52,238 nt of DNA from a bacterium. Lineage in GTDB: Bacteria > SZUA-182 > DTGQ01. Shown in pieces: positions 51,603 to 52,238 of the stretch (positions are counted from its first letter, which is position 1; every line of letters starts with the position of its first letter). Location: contig JBFMGO010000031.1 of NCBI GenBank assembly GCA_040752695.1, forward strand, positions 1 through 52,238, given 5' to 3'. The notes beneath the pieces are model-generated. The model did no database searches. It was not told the origin of the DNA and saw only the letters and a program-made list of their open reading frames with translations. The position numbers and the translations under genes are program-made.

Positions 51603-51768
51603 GAATGACTATACAAAAGATGAAGATGAAACGCTATGGGAATTACATGAAATCAGGAATGAACTGTATAACAAATTCATATCTAAATCGGTGGGCCAGG
51701 TAAATGAGGAAGCATTGAAAAAATTTCAGACCTGGAAAAAAGAAATAAAGGAAAAAAGCGAGTGTTAA
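51589..51768 (+). CDS. Small protein overlapping the PIN gene, putative antitoxin
   Basis: 59-aa charged helical ORF (DETLWELHEIR) overlapping the PIN 3' end. Confidence 0.65.
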   Translation: METYKNDYTKDEDETLWELHEIRNELYNKFISKSVGQVNEEALKKFQTWKKEIKEKSEC

Positions 51769-51791
51769 GCAACTCTTTCGCACATGGTAAC

Positions 51792-51863
51792 AAATGATTA
51801 GGTCAGCGGGAGGCCCCTGCCTTCACACGGCAGGGGTCACTGGTTCGATCCCAGTATCGCCCA
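51792..51863 (+). pseudogene. Full-length pseudo-tRNA-Val(CAC), copy 4
   Basis: D-, anticodon- and T-arms can pair, but acceptor 5' strand AAATGAT mismatches ATCGCCC at 3 positions; no encoded CCA. Confidence 0.8.
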
Positions 51864-51882
51864 TTTTTTAAGGCTTTGAAGA

Positions 51883-51981
51883 GTAGTACCTCTTCACAGC
51901 CAAGTTTGTGAAGACTGGATTCCCGCTTTCGCGGGAATGATGAAATGACAGACTACAAATTTAAGAGTGAAGAGGTAGTAG
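51883..51981. mobile_element. 91-bp MITE-like element with 11-bp TIRs and GTAG direct repeats
   Basis: GTAG-TACCTCTTCAC...GTGAAGAGGTA-GTAG; internal hairpin attcccgc-tttc-gcgggaat. Confidence 0.7.
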
Positions 51982-52238
51982 ACGCCCCCAGAAGAATAAA
52001 GGCTCACATTCTCCTGCTCAAAAAGTTCCTGTGACGGCGGTAGAAGACAAGTTGAGAGCTATCGAAGGGTTTGTGAATGTATCCGCTATCCTGATAGGAA
52101 TACTTCAAATTCTGGCTCTTCAATTCCCAGAACAAATCTGGAAAGATAATCAACATTGGCTGAGAACCTTTAGCAACAAGGTTCCTTCTGAGTATATTGT
52201 CAAGGGGGTACTGACTCAAACCATCCTGGGGAATTTAC
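51980..52238 (+). pseudogene. Transposase C-terminal remnant (IS701/IS4-like)
   Basis: Start-less open frame RRPQKN...KLRAIEGFVNVSAILIGILQILAL...IW...WLRTFSNKVPSE running off the window. Confidence 0.6.

Noticed and set aside
51792..51863. Functional tRNA-Val gene
   Set aside because: Three acceptor-stem mismatches; kept as a pseudo-tRNA.
48431..51880. CRISPR array interpretation of the recurring repeats
   Set aside because: Spacing is ~1 kb, repeats are tRNA-derived and of unequal length, and no cas genes are present.

Overview
Bacterial chromosomal window with Deltaproteobacteria/Desulfobacterota-like gene content (taxonomy not provable from sequence). Left part (1.5-18.2 kb, - strand): an atypical F-type ATP synthase operon (atpB-E-F-A-G-D-C) with no separate delta gene but a delta-C-terminal-like domain fused to alpha. 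It is preceded by two paralogous three-gene cassettes, each with a small NuoL-tail-like peptide and two MrpD/NuoL-type antiporter-like subunits, and no redox or Mrp accessory subunits. The three promoters share a motif. Middle: housekeeping and metabolic genes (TPR, Xaa-Pro peptidase, accBC, dksA, sensor kinase, B12 radical SAM, metF-like, LigD phosphoesterase, hydantoinase/oxoprolinase A/B, outer-membrane barrel, ahbC-like, His-rich metal transporter, beta-propeller, receiver + HD-GYP). Then a grpE-like/atypical hsp70 pair divergent from a Cys-rich pseudokinase-like + TagH-C-like pair. Right end (48.4-52.2 kb): a mosaic hotspot where four direct copies of tRNA-Val(CAC) sequence, none intact, delimit ~1-1.4 kb cargo units (Rpn C-terminal fragment + group II intron 3' end + integron-cassette-like methyltransferase; vapBC; a second PIN pair), followed by a 91-bp MITE-like element and a transposase remnant. 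All calls come from visual motif recognition; no database searches were run.
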